DNA of 37,141 nucleotides from an uncultured bacterium (GTDB lineage: Bacteria > Muiribacteriota > Ozemobacteria > Ozemobacterales > Ozemobacteraceae): NCBI GenBank assembly GCA_964585025.1, contig CAZPCO010000003.1, positions 1-37,141 on the forward strand, in the 5' to 3' direction. Positions 8,880 through 17,430 of the stretch are shown here, in pieces. Position 1 is the stretch's first letter; the number at the start of each line of letters is the position of its first letter. Below the pieces are notes generated by a model. That model saw nothing but the letters and a program-made list of their open reading frames with translations, searched no databases and had not been told where the DNA came from. The position numbers and the translations under genes were made by a program.

Positions 8880-11264
8880 TCAAACCGCCGGATTTACCGC
8901 ATGGCCCTTAACTGCAATCCAGTTCTGCAGTTTTTCGACAATCACTTCGGGCATTATCGGCTTGCTTACATAATCGTTCATACCGGCACGCAGACAATTT
9001 TCACGGTCACCCTGCATGGCGTTCGCAGTCATGGCAATGATGGGAATGTCGTGCTGTCTTACCATCGAGTTGTGTGCTCTGATAATCCCGGTAGCCGTAA
9101 AACCATCCATGACCGGCATTTGAATGTCCATGAAAACCAGATCGAAATCCATAATTTCCAGAAGCTTAACCGCTTCTTCGCCATTGACGACAATGTTGGT
9201 TCTGACTCCAAGGCCTTCAAGCATACCTCTGGCAACTATCTGATTCGTAACGTTGTCTTCGACCACCAGCACTCTTGGGTTGAAACCAGCAAACATGTTT
9301 TTGACAATGCGCGGCCGCTCTGTCGCCGATGTCGAGACTGAAAGGCCCGCGGCTCCATCGGCCCCGTGTTCGATAAGAGCCTGCAAACGGTTGAAAAGAT
9401 CGGAAGAACGAACCGGCTTATCAATAACCACCAGTCGTGACAATTTTTCGAGTTCGGCAATGCCTGATGAAAATGGCGAAACCATAAGCAATTTGTCGGT
9501 AGCATCGAGAGTCGGGTCTGAAGCAAACACCCTTACTACTTCATCACGAAACTTTTCAACTGTCTGCATATCGATCATCACAAGTTGATAAGGATTATGC
9601 CCTTTGATTGCATGCTGAAGAAGCTTGACACCGCTGTTAAATTCATCTGCTTCGGTTACCGCGATTCCCCAGAACTCGAGCCGGCGCCGTAAAACCATAC
9701 AACTCAGACTGCTCTTGTCTATTATCAAAGCTCTCATTCCAGCGGAATCCATTTTCAATTCCGAATCCGGTTCAGTGCTTTCCTGGAGTTCGAGTTTTAC
9801 ACTGAACCAGAAAGTGCTGCCCGGGTTACTGGCGTAGGGCCCTGAAAGGAACGAAGGACTTTCGAGGCCGATTTCACCGCCCATAAGTTTTACCAGCTGT
9901 TGCGAAATCGACAAACCGAGACCGGTTCCACCGTATTGTCTGGTATTCGATTCGTCGATCTGAGTGAACTTGTTGAAAAGCAGATGAATTTTGTCTTTTG
10001 GGATGCCAATTCCGGTGTCATGAACAAGGAATTTCAGAACGATCGCCTTATCCTCTTCGGTTTCGCGAAGCACCTGAATGATGACGCTGCCTGAACTCGT
10101 AAACTTGATGGCATTGGCAGCCAGATTGGTCAAAATCTGCAGCAATCGCCCCGGGTCGCCACGCAGGCGCACCGGCACGGCAGGATCACAGTCACACACC
10201 AGCTCAATTCCTTTTTCATGAGCCTTTAGAACCATAGCGGCAGTAAAATCTTCGAGCAGAACGTTCAAATTGAAATCAAGCTTCTCAAGATCGAGTTTTT
10301 CCGCCTCTATTTTGGAAAAATCGAGAATGTCGTTGATGATTGAAAGCAGTGATGAAGCACTGTTGTGAGCAACCTGGGTATATTTTCGCTGTTCTTCGGT
10401 CAGGCTGGTATCGAGAAGCAGGGTGATCATGCCAAGAACCCCGTTCATCGGCGTGCGTATCTCATGGCTCATATTGGCAAGAAAGCATGACTTGGCACGG
10501 GTTGCGCTTTCAGCAGTCAGTTTTGCCTGCTCAAGCTGCCTGGTGCGTTCGACAACCTTTTGTTCAAGGGTTCGATTGGCTTCTTCCAGAAGAACCTGAG
10601 CGCTGCCAAGACGTTCGATCATCTTGTTGAAAGATTCTGCAAGCGTTCCGAGTTCGTCAGATCGGGTAACTTCAAGACGTTTATCGTATTCGCCGGCGCG
10701 AAAAGCGCTGACCTGCTCAGTTATCCAGGTCATCGGACGGCCGAGAAAAACCCTGAACGCCCAGCGAAACAGAAGCAGCAAAACAGCAGTCATAAAGAAC
10801 CAAGACACCGCAGTCAATACAAAGCCGAATTTGACACGGTCATTGACGACCCTTGAGCCGGAAAAGACTTTTACCGTGCCAATCTGGGTCACCTTGTCGC
10901 GAAAAATGTTGGTCAGAATGAATTCGTGTACGAAGAGCCCGGCTTTGCTCTGGTCGATGCCGTCGCCGAAAGCGGTCATTACCTTACCGTTGATGTTTCG
11001 TATCTCGATGCCGGTAACCATCGGCAGATCGAATATCGATCTAGCGATAGCGTTGATCTGACCATCGTCATACTGCCAGACCGCTGTCGACAATGACTTG
11101 AAAAAAGTCGGCTCGAGACCTGCAAGTTCACCAGCTACAAGATTTCTGGTATGATTGAATTGAATCCAGTATTGAACCGTAGTTACGACAACAGATATGA
11201 AGAAATAGATGATCAGCACAACAAAAAGAAGTTTGTTGGAAATAGACCTCTTCAGTAAATTCAT
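8880..11264 (-). CDS. Hybrid sensor histidine kinase / response regulator (TM-sensor-TM, HAMP, HisKA, HATPase_c, REC-like, REC)
   Basis: The kinase motifs are all present: H-box MSHEIRTPMNG, N-box NLAANAIKFT, G1 HDTGIGI and G2 GGTGLGLSI. Two TM helices bracket a sensor domain of about 140 aa. The C-terminal receiver reads VLVVEDNVTNQ...DLVFMDIQMPVMDG...SKP, and an additional degenerate receiver-like segment lies between the kinase and the REC domain. Confidence 0.9.
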   Translation of the reverse strand: MNLLKRSISNKLLFVVLIIYFFISVVVTTVQYWIQFNHTRNLVAGELAGLEPTFFKSLSTAVWQYDDGQINAIARSIFDLPMVTGIEIRNINGKVMTAFGDGIDQSKAGLFVHEFILTNIFRDKVTQIGTVKVFSGSRVVNDRVKFGFVLTAVSWFFMTAVLLLLFRWAFRVFLGRPMTWITEQVSAFRAGEYDKRLEVTRSDELGTLAESFNKMIERLGSAQVLLEEANRTLEQKVVERTRQLEQAKLTAESATRAKSCFLANMSHEIRTPMNGVLGMITLLLDTSLTEEQRKYTQVAHNSASSLLSIINDILDFSKIEAEKLDLEKLDFNLNVLLEDFTAAMVLKAHEKGIELVCDCDPAVPVRLRGDPGRLLQILTNLAANAIKFTSSGSVIIQVLRETEEDKAIVLKFLVHDTGIGIPKDKIHLLFNKFTQIDESNTRQYGGTGLGLSISQQLVKLMGGEIGLESPSFLSGPYASNPGSTFWFSVKLELQESTEPDSELKMDSAGMRALIIDKSSLSCMVLRRRLEFWGIAVTEADEFNSGVKLLQHAIKGHNPYQLVMIDMQTVEKFRDEVVRVFASDPTLDATDKLLMVSPFSSGIAELEKLSRLVVIDKPVRSSDLFNRLQALIEHGADGAAGLSVSTSATERPRIVKNMFAGFNPRVLVVEDNVTNQIVARGMLEGLGVRTNIVVNGEEAVKLLEIMDFDLVFMDIQMPVMDGFTATGIIRAHNSMVRQHDIPIIAMTANAMQGDRENCLRAGMNDYVSKPIMPEVIVEKLQNWIAVKGHAVNPAV

Positions 11265-11318
11265 ATCTATTCTCTAAAACAGGCCAATCAGGCTACTCAA
11301 ACAAAAATAGAACGGACA

Positions 11319-11355
11319 GCAGACAGCTCAGAAGCATCAGCTTTGAACTGTCTGC
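11319..11355 (-). terminator. Candidate hairpin downstream of the zinc-ribbon gene
   Basis: GCAGACAG and CTGTCTGC form perfect 8-bp arms. On the minus strand a T-rich tract (TATTTTTGTTTG) follows about 9 nt later. The spacing is non-canonical, so confidence is low. Confidence 0.3.
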
Positions 11356-11365
11356 AGAGAAAGAG

Positions 11366-11857
11366 TCAGAAGCGGCGGCGCAGTTTGCGCATGCGCATTT
11401 CGGCCTCTTCCTTGATGCGTTTTTTATCTTCCTGAACTTTTCTGGCGAAGTCCCTGGCCATCTGTTCACGTTCTTTATTAGAGAGCTGGACTGCCTGGCT
11501 TTCTCGTAACTCTTTGAGTTCGCCGCCATCGAGCCACAACCCACCGCAACCGTAGCAGGTGTCGACAAAAATACCGGCATTCTCACGATATTCGTGACGT
11601 TTCATTTTGATGCCGCATTTGATGCAGCTGATTTTGTCACGATTGTCAGCATCACGCGGAGTTTCGAACGCCAGCAGCTTTTGCAGTATGGGGTCGTCAA
11701 CGCCTTCTTCCGATGAATCGAGGCGAAACAGTTCGGCAGCGTCGAACCAGATGCCACCACAGCCATTTACACAGGCTTCCAGCTCGGCATTGCAGACGGT
11801 GACGGTTTCGAGCATCTTACCACATGCAGGACAGGTAAAACCTTCGTTTCGGTTCAT
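11366..11857 (-). CDS. Double zinc-ribbon protein (two zf-TFIIB-like modules)
   Basis: Two repeats share the pattern CPxCG...C..CGG[IL]W[FL]D..EL: CPACGKM...CVNGCGGIWFDAAELFRLD and CIKCGIKM...CYGCGGLWLDGGELKELRE. A basic, coiled C-terminal tail follows. Confidence 0.7.
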   Translation of the reverse strand: MNRNEGFTCPACGKMLETVTVCNAELEACVNGCGGIWFDAAELFRLDSSEEGVDDPILQKLLAFETPRDADNRDKISCIKCGIKMKRHEYRENAGIFVDTCYGCGGLWLDGGELKELRESQAVQLSNKEREQMARDFARKVQEDKKRIKEEAEMRMRKLRRRF

Positions 11858-11869
11858 TGTTTCCTCCGG

Positions 11870-12472
11870 TCAGTCAAGTTTTCGGGGCCGCGACCATCTG
11901 ACGAAGCAGCCCAGGGTTTCATTAACAACATTCCGGTCAAAATATTCCGGATCGAATTTTCCGGCAGTCGGCTGAACTCCGGCCGACCAGGCAACCATCG
12001 CGTCATGCTGCCGGCTTCTCGGGTTTCGGATGATTTTGCAGAATTCTTCATATCCCGGCGGGCCACCCACGTCTTCGGGTGGACATGAGCGCTCGCCTTC
12101 AATGCAGCTGATTTCACAGTCATCTTCACGCAACTGATAGTTCGCATTTTCGAGGGTAAGCCGATGCGCCCAGGATTCCCCAAAATCATAAACATACAGG
12201 CAATTATCGCCCTTCTTCTTCATATGTTTACTGAGTCGGGCTGTGCCATCGAGAAGAGTGCTTTCATCGTCGAATTCCTCGTTGATGTTCTCGACATAGC
12301 GATGACTGCCGAAATTGAATTCATGCTGATGCGAATCTTTCCAACCCATGACGATCTGAATGACATCGTGCAGCCGATCGAGCGAAAGTTCGGCAGGCAC
12401 AACAAACCTTCTCCAGATCATGGGTTCGATTTCCATCATCTCAATTTTCAACAGATAATACTTCTGTTTCAT
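11870..12472 (-). CDS. pRiA4b ORF-3-like (MM3350-like) family protein
   Basis: Family-typical segments are present: YLLKIEMMEIEPMIWRRFVVPAELSLDRLHDVIQIVMGWKDSHQHEF, CPPEDVGGPPGYEEF and FDPEYFD. The start is set at the ATG at 12470-12472 (MKQKYY), which has AAAGGCGG upstream. Confidence 0.8.
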   Translation of the reverse strand: MKQKYYLLKIEMMEIEPMIWRRFVVPAELSLDRLHDVIQIVMGWKDSHQHEFNFGSHRYVENINEEFDDESTLLDGTARLSKHMKKKGDNCLYVYDFGESWAHRLTLENANYQLREDDCEISCIEGERSCPPEDVGGPPGYEEFCKIIRNPRSRQHDAMVAWSAGVQPTAGKFDPEYFDRNVVNETLGCFVRWSRPRKLD

Positions 12473-12714
12473 CGATGGTCCGCCTTTCACGTTATGCAAT
12501 CATCCTCTGTCATCCCGGGTATTATTATACACCTCCCCCGATCACAAGCAAGCTTTCTTGCTCCAACTTCAAATCAAACACACTAAAATCATGACCTCCT
12601 GGTTAGCGCCCCGAATAACACAGGCAAAGACTGACGCCAGGGGTGGCAAACGCCAATGATGCTCTTGACGGGCTAATGGTATAATTGCAGAAAATCTTCC
12701 TGAGGTTTTCTTTC

Positions 12715-13731
12715 ATGCTTAAAAAAGCCGCTGTATATCTTTGGATTCTAATCTGTCTGCTTTCATGTTCAGGCGAACTTTTCGCCGGAACACTTCGTGA
12801 ACGCCTGAGAAATGCAATTGCAGGAAAAATTGACCAGCGTGCCATGCAGCAGGATGTCAGGTCAGAACTTAAATATCTGGATCATGGAGGCAGAAAGAGG
12901 TCTTACTACCTGTATCTGCCTGAAAGCATCGACAGGCAAAAACCGATGCCGGTCGTCTTTCTCTTTCATGGTGGCGGTGGTGGCGCACGTGGCGCGCTCT
13001 ATTCATATGGACTCGAGAAAAAGGCCGATGAAGCCGGATTTATTCTTGTTGCACCGAACGGCACCGGTGAAACTGAAAACATTCTTCTGACCTGGAACGT
13101 CGAATTTGGCTTTGGTTATGCTCAGAAACACAATGTCGATGATATCGGCTTCGTCAATGCCATCATCGATCAACTTAACACTACCTGTGCTATCGATCAA
13201 AGGCGCATTTTCGCCACCGGGCTTTCAAACGGTGCTATTTTTTGTCATTTTCTTGCCGCTCACCCGGGCAATCGTTTCGCAGCAATCGCCCCAGTTGTCG
13301 GTACAGCCGGTGGCCGTGATCTGGAAGAGAAAAACATGCATATGCCTCCGAAGCCTGAAAAGCCGGTGTCGGTATGCATGATTCAGGGCTTGGTCGATGA
13401 GCATATTCCGATCGAAGGAGGCCGACAGAAAAAATCTCTCGGAAGCCCTAAATTCCTCCTTTCAGCATCTGACACCATTGTCTTCTGGGTTGAGGCGAAC
13501 AGCTGTAATCCGGTCGCCTCAAGCACTTACAACGACAGATTGCAGAGCACCCTTTTCCATTACGGCAATGGTCGAGAGCAGAGCGAAGTCACCGCCTGGG
13601 TAGTCCACAACCTCGGACATGCCTGGCCCGGCTCGACGCGCACCCCGCGCCGTGGCTCCGACAAACCACCACAACAATTCAAAGCCAACGACATCATCTG
13701 GGATTTTTTCAAAAGTCACCCTCTTCCTTGA
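12715..13731 (+). CDS. Secreted (possibly lipoprotein) esterase, PHB-depolymerase/LpqC-like alpha/beta hydrolase
   Basis: The ATG at 12715 has GAGG 9 nt upstream. The signal sequence is MLKKAAVYLWILICLLSC. Family-like segments are YYLYLP...PVVFLFHGGGGG and the nucleophile elbow GLSNG. Confidence 0.75.
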   Translation: MLKKAAVYLWILICLLSCSGELFAGTLRERLRNAIAGKIDQRAMQQDVRSELKYLDHGGRKRSYYLYLPESIDRQKPMPVVFLFHGGGGGARGALYSYGLEKKADEAGFILVAPNGTGETENILLTWNVEFGFGYAQKHNVDDIGFVNAIIDQLNTTCAIDQRRIFATGLSNGAIFCHFLAAHPGNRFAAIAPVVGTAGGRDLEEKNMHMPPKPEKPVSVCMIQGLVDEHIPIEGGRQKKSLGSPKFLLSASDTIVFWVEANSCNPVASSTYNDRLQSTLFHYGNGREQSEVTAWVVHNLGHAWPGSTRTPRRGSDKPPQQFKANDIIWDFFKSHPLP

Positions 13732-13923
13732 ATATCAGCCAGCTTTGGAGCAACGTGGGCCTTTGATCATTACATAAAGCGGCCAGATGCATGGAAAACT
13801 TTCGTTTGATCATTATAAACAGCCGACGCCAGGAAAAAATCACATTCGATTATCTTTTTCGTCCGAAATGGCTTAGAATATAACCTCACAGAAAATCAAA
13901 CCCTAGATAAACAGGAGCGCCAA

Positions 13924-14379
13924 ATGAACGCAAAAGCAGAAAAATTCGCCAAAATGCTGACCGACAACGATATCAAGTGTTTTTCCAGCGAAGAACTCAA
14001 AGATGAAATGCACCCGGTTCTTTTCCGTTCTTCAATGGAAATCGAAGGTCAGCGCCTGCCGCTGATTGTCGTCATCGACGACAGCATTTATATCATCTGC
14101 CGCACTCTCGTTGCCGGAAAATGCATAACCGATGCCAACCGGGTCGCTACTCTGAAGCATCTGAACATGCTCAACGGCAGCTATAAAACCTTCAAATATT
14201 TCATCACCGATGCCGGTGAAATTCTCATGGATCTCTGCCTGCCGACCACTAACGAAGTCTTCGACCCGAACATGGTTCGCGGCCTCATCGATCTTTGCGT
14301 CAAGAATCTCGAAGAAAACTACCGCAAACTGATGCAGACCGTCTGGGGAACCTCGGCCGGCAAAACTGCCGAAGCCTGA
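13924..14379 (+). CDS. YbjN-domain protein (putative chaperone/sensory-transduction-regulator fold)
   Basis: AGGAG lies 7 nt upstream of the ATG. The 151-aa acidic soluble protein has the pattern F..F.....L.L.V..D...L......L.........L..LN typical of YbjN-like proteins. The assignment was made by eye. Confidence 0.65.
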   Translation: MNAKAEKFAKMLTDNDIKCFSSEELKDEMHPVLFRSSMEIEGQRLPLIVVIDDSIYIICRTLVAGKCITDANRVATLKHLNMLNGSYKTFKYFITDAGEILMDLCLPTTNEVFDPNMVRGLIDLCVKNLEENYRKLMQTVWGTSAGKTAEA

Positions 14380-14389
14380 TTGCCTGTTA

Positions 14390-14422
14390 CTGCCGGGTCA
14401 CATCCCCGTTGTGGCCCGGCAG
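14390..14422. terminator. Hairpin between convergent genes (candidate bidirectional terminator)
   Basis: CTGCCGGGTCAC and GTGGCCCGGCAG form a 12-bp stem with one mismatch and a 9-nt loop. The hairpin sits between the stop at 14379 (+) and the stop at 14545 (-). Neither side has a clear U-tract. Confidence 0.35.
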
Positions 14423-14544
14423 AACAGTTTCAAGACCGCCGGGTTCGATGAAAACCTTTCGCAAAGGCTCAAATTAAGCACCACAGCAGTTCAAAGGCAA
14501 CGGCCTTATCCGGAACAATTGCCAATCCCACTTCAGACCCTGAA

Positions 14545-15384
14545 TCATTCTGAAAAAAATCGACTGCCACCTTTGCGAAACAACATTGCTGCGAATGTTA
14601 AAGAAACGATCAGCACAAACCTGGCGTCATAAAATATCCAACCATCTGAAACTCTGGCAGTGTAAACAAAATGACGTTCAATAATTGTGCAGAACGTATT
14701 GTGAAGAGCATGACTAAGAGCCAGGGGCCAAAGGCTTCCTTCTGAAAGCGAGTAAATCAGCAGAAAACAGAAAAAAATCGCCGGATATACGATAAGCTTC
14801 TCCAGAAAGTGTTCAGGCCCCATCAAACCAAGAGCCAGATGAAATGGAAAATGCCAGAACGTCCAGAAGATCGCCAGAATGCACAATGTTTTAACACCTG
14901 GATAAAGCACCAGAACTCTTGGCAGCAGATATGAGCGCCAGGCAATATCCTCGATAAAAGCGCCCACCAGATAATATATGAACAGTCCGAAAAGATGCCC
15001 CGAAAATGGAAGGGTAGTTAATTCCGGCCAGAACCCGGTTGCATACCGGTGAAAAACTGCTGCCCCTGCAACTGGTAAAACCACGATGGTAAGCCCGAGC
15101 AATAACCCATTTCTTTCTGCCGGCCATGAAAAGGATCTATAGAACCATTTTTTCAAATCACTTCCTTCAAGCCAGAGCAGAAAAATAGCAATAATACATG
15201 GCGCATCTGCCAACAGAGTCATGGCGAAATCGCCGACCTTTCGAAATAATGGAACTATTGCCAGCACCATAACCAATGCCAGAAATAGATAAACCAGCGA
15301 AAACGACCTTGCCCGTGACAGTCTGCAAAATGCGGCAATACCCCAGACATCGGCTGAGTGACTGGCAGCTGGTGAATTTTTCAT
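14545..15384 (-). CDS. CPBP-family intramembrane glutamic endopeptidase (CAAX protease/Abi-like)
   Basis: The protein is polytopic and carries the family motifs: FIEDIAWRSYLL (EExxxR-like), FWTFWHFPFH (FxxxH) and HALHN. The start is taken at the ATG at 15382-15384; an alternative lies at 15396. Confidence 0.75.
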   Translation of the reverse strand: MKNSPAASHSADVWGIAAFCRLSRARSFSLVYLFLALVMVLAIVPLFRKVGDFAMTLLADAPCIIAIFLLWLEGSDLKKWFYRSFSWPAERNGLLLGLTIVVLPVAGAAVFHRYATGFWPELTTLPFSGHLFGLFIYYLVGAFIEDIAWRSYLLPRVLVLYPGVKTLCILAIFWTFWHFPFHLALGLMGPEHFLEKLIVYPAIFFCFLLIYSLSEGSLWPLALSHALHNTFCTIIERHFVYTARVSDGWIFYDARFVLIVSLTFAAMLFRKGGSRFFSE

Positions 15385-15468
15385 GCGGCAGTCCACAATA
15401 TAACCATGACTCTTCCAAGAATTAACCGGATCATTTTTGTAAACTGGCTTTGTAGAGTACTCAACTCT

Positions 15469-17115
15469 TTAACGTGAGACAAAATTGAAGTTCAGTCTGG
15501 CAACCGGCAGTGCCTTTCGATCACGGTTTGCAGCGTATTCAGACAAAATGACCGCCGGATCAGGCTTAACCGGTGCATCATGAATGACTCTGCCGTTGAA
15601 AATAACCCTGACCGGGCGCGTCAGGTCAAAATGCCCGGGAGTAACGGCTATCACCAGCTTCGCAACTCTGGAACCGGCAACTATAACCTCATTGCCATTT
15701 TTTTCAGCCCTGAGCGCGGCCGACGGTCCATCGCGTCTGAAAAGGAACCAGCCCTCAGGCTGCGGCAGGATACCGGGCAGTCGTAGTCTTTTGCCGAACC
15801 GACTGACGACAAATTCGAATGGTTGGCCACACCTGGCAGATTCCTTCGCAGCCTTGAGACTGAAGGAATCGCCGATATCGCAGCCGCCGGCCTGGCGGAG
15901 CACATCGCCGCAGCGCAGGCCAATTGCTTCGGCATAACCACCGCGATCGATTCGGTTGATGGTGATGCCTTCTTTGCCGCGGATGCCGGAAAAACCCCAG
16001 TTGATTGCCTCGTCGGTCAGAATGCAGTTATGGTCGACATGCCAGTCGGCAGCCGGCCAGGGGCCGATTTCAGCAATCTGCAACCAGCGACAGGCGCCGA
16101 ATTCGACATCCCCAGTTTCCCAGAAGATGCTGTCAGGCAGAGTATTACGGTGCTGCCGGCGTAGATATTGCCCGATCAGGGGCATTTCACTGGCGTGGTA
16201 GGCAAAGTCATGACCGCCGTGCAGCTGACGGTAGTGAATATTGGCGCCGGCACGACAGGCCATTGCAATAGCCGGCGCCATCTGCCTGGTCGGATAATAC
16301 TCATCGTTGTCGGTGGTAACTGCATAAACCGGTGTCATTGCCAGATTTGGCGCATACAACGGCAACTTGCCGTCAAGACTGCCGACTCCCATGTGCCCAT
16401 TCAATGCAACAATCGCCGCAAAGTCATCAGGCAGCAGCATTGCGTGCAGAAAACTGCCTGAAGCGCCATCAGAAAAGCCGCCGAGAAATACCCGGTTGTC
16501 GTCAATGTTTACATGGTATTTAACCGTTCTGATCAGGCGCCTGATGCCGGCCATACCTGTGCTGTCCCACCAGGTGGAGCCTTCCTGGCCGAACGGAAAC
16601 AGCAGCACCCAGCCATGTTCACGGGCCAGAGAAAACCAGGGTGATTCTTTGATAGTTTCAACGGGGTCTTCGTAGATATTCCTGCGCGAAACACCGCCAT
16701 GCAGTGCCACCAGCATCGGCAAAGACCGATATGAAGCAATCTGCGGGGGTAGATAAAGACCCCATGGCCGACTTACTCCATCGGTTCCGATGATACGGTT
16801 CAGCATCAGAATCTCATCGCCCGGTGCTGCCATTTTCTTATCGGCAAGGTGATTTTTTAAACCGGCAAGCTGCCGACTCAGAAGCTTTCGCTGCCGCAAT
16901 GGCCGGCTAACGATAAAATCTCGCAACGCCCGCCAGTCAGGTACCAATGCTGCAGCTGCTTCAATTTCCGCACTTGACGGGGGCCGGTCTCCGGCATCGA
17001 CTTCGGCCAGCGAAACAAAACCCCGCTGCAGCAGCTGATCGATACTGGTCTGCCAGTCATCAGCCCTGACTCCGGCCACCGAAAATATAAAAACCAACGC
17101 CAGAAAAAATCTCAA
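15469..17115 (-). CDS. Secreted alpha/beta hydrolase (esterase / S9-like) with C-terminal PDZ domain
   Basis: Hydrolase segments include LYLPP...PMLVALHGG and the nucleophile elbow GFSDGASG. The PDZ-like segment is GYAEAIGLRCGDVLRQAGG. I prefer the in-frame TTG at 17113-17115 because GGGAGG lies 6 nt upstream and it yields the signal peptide (M)RFFLALVFIFSVAGVRA. The track start at 17382 adds 89 aa that do not look like a signal peptide. Confidence 0.7.
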   Translation of the reverse strand: MRFFLALVFIFSVAGVRADDWQTSIDQLLQRGFVSLAEVDAGDRPPSSAEIEAAAALVPDWRALRDFIVSRPLRQRKLLSRQLAGLKNHLADKKMAAPGDEILMLNRIIGTDGVSRPWGLYLPPQIASYRSLPMLVALHGGVSRRNIYEDPVETIKESPWFSLAREHGWVLLFPFGQEGSTWWDSTGMAGIRRLIRTVKYHVNIDDNRVFLGGFSDGASGSFLHAMLLPDDFAAIVALNGHMGVGSLDGKLPLYAPNLAMTPVYAVTTDNDEYYPTRQMAPAIAMACRAGANIHYRQLHGGHDFAYHASEMPLIGQYLRRQHRNTLPDSIFWETGDVEFGACRWLQIAEIGPWPAADWHVDHNCILTDEAINWGFSGIRGKEGITINRIDRGGYAEAIGLRCGDVLRQAGGCDIGDSFSLKAAKESARCGQPFEFVVSRFGKRLRLPGILPQPEGWFLFRRDGPSAALRAEKNGNEVIVAGSRVAKLVIAVTPGHFDLTRPVRVIFNGRVIHDAPVKPDPAVILSEYAANRDRKALPVARLNFNFVSR

Positions 17116-17241
17116 GTTTCGCCTCCCATGACTGCCAATCAGTGTAACACCCACCGCATCTACCGACAAGAATAGCCGATAATTGATCATTTGCGGGGCA
17201 GATGTTATCATGGGCAGCAAATTAACTTTGTGGAGAAACAG

Positions 17242-17430
17242 ATGCAGAAATTCGCTATTGCCATCGGGCTGCTGCTTTCTCTTCTCTTTCTCACCGGCAG
17301 CAATGTCAATGCCGAAACCACCGAACCCGCTTCGCAAATGCACCGCACCCGGTCGATCATATATGCAGCATCCCGAACCCAACCCACACTCATAACCAGT
17401 GAGCCAGCTGAAAATGTCAGAAACCGCTAA
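17242..17430 (+). CDS. Small hypothetical secreted protein (62 aa)
   Basis: GGAG lies 7 nt upstream of the ATG at 17242. The predicted signal peptide is MQKFAIAIGLLLSLLFLTGSNVNA, followed by a short polar tail. The ORF overlaps the mnmA start by 17 nt. I recognise no homology. Confidence 0.3.
   Translation: MQKFAIAIGLLLSLLFLTGSNVNAETTEPASQMHRTRSIIYAASRTQPTLITSEPAENVRNR

Noticed and set aside
12665-12685. TTGACG and TATAAT hexamers upstream of the esterase gene
   Set aside because: Both hexamers are near-consensus, but they are separated by only 9 bp instead of 16-18 bp. They cannot act together as a sigma-70 promoter.
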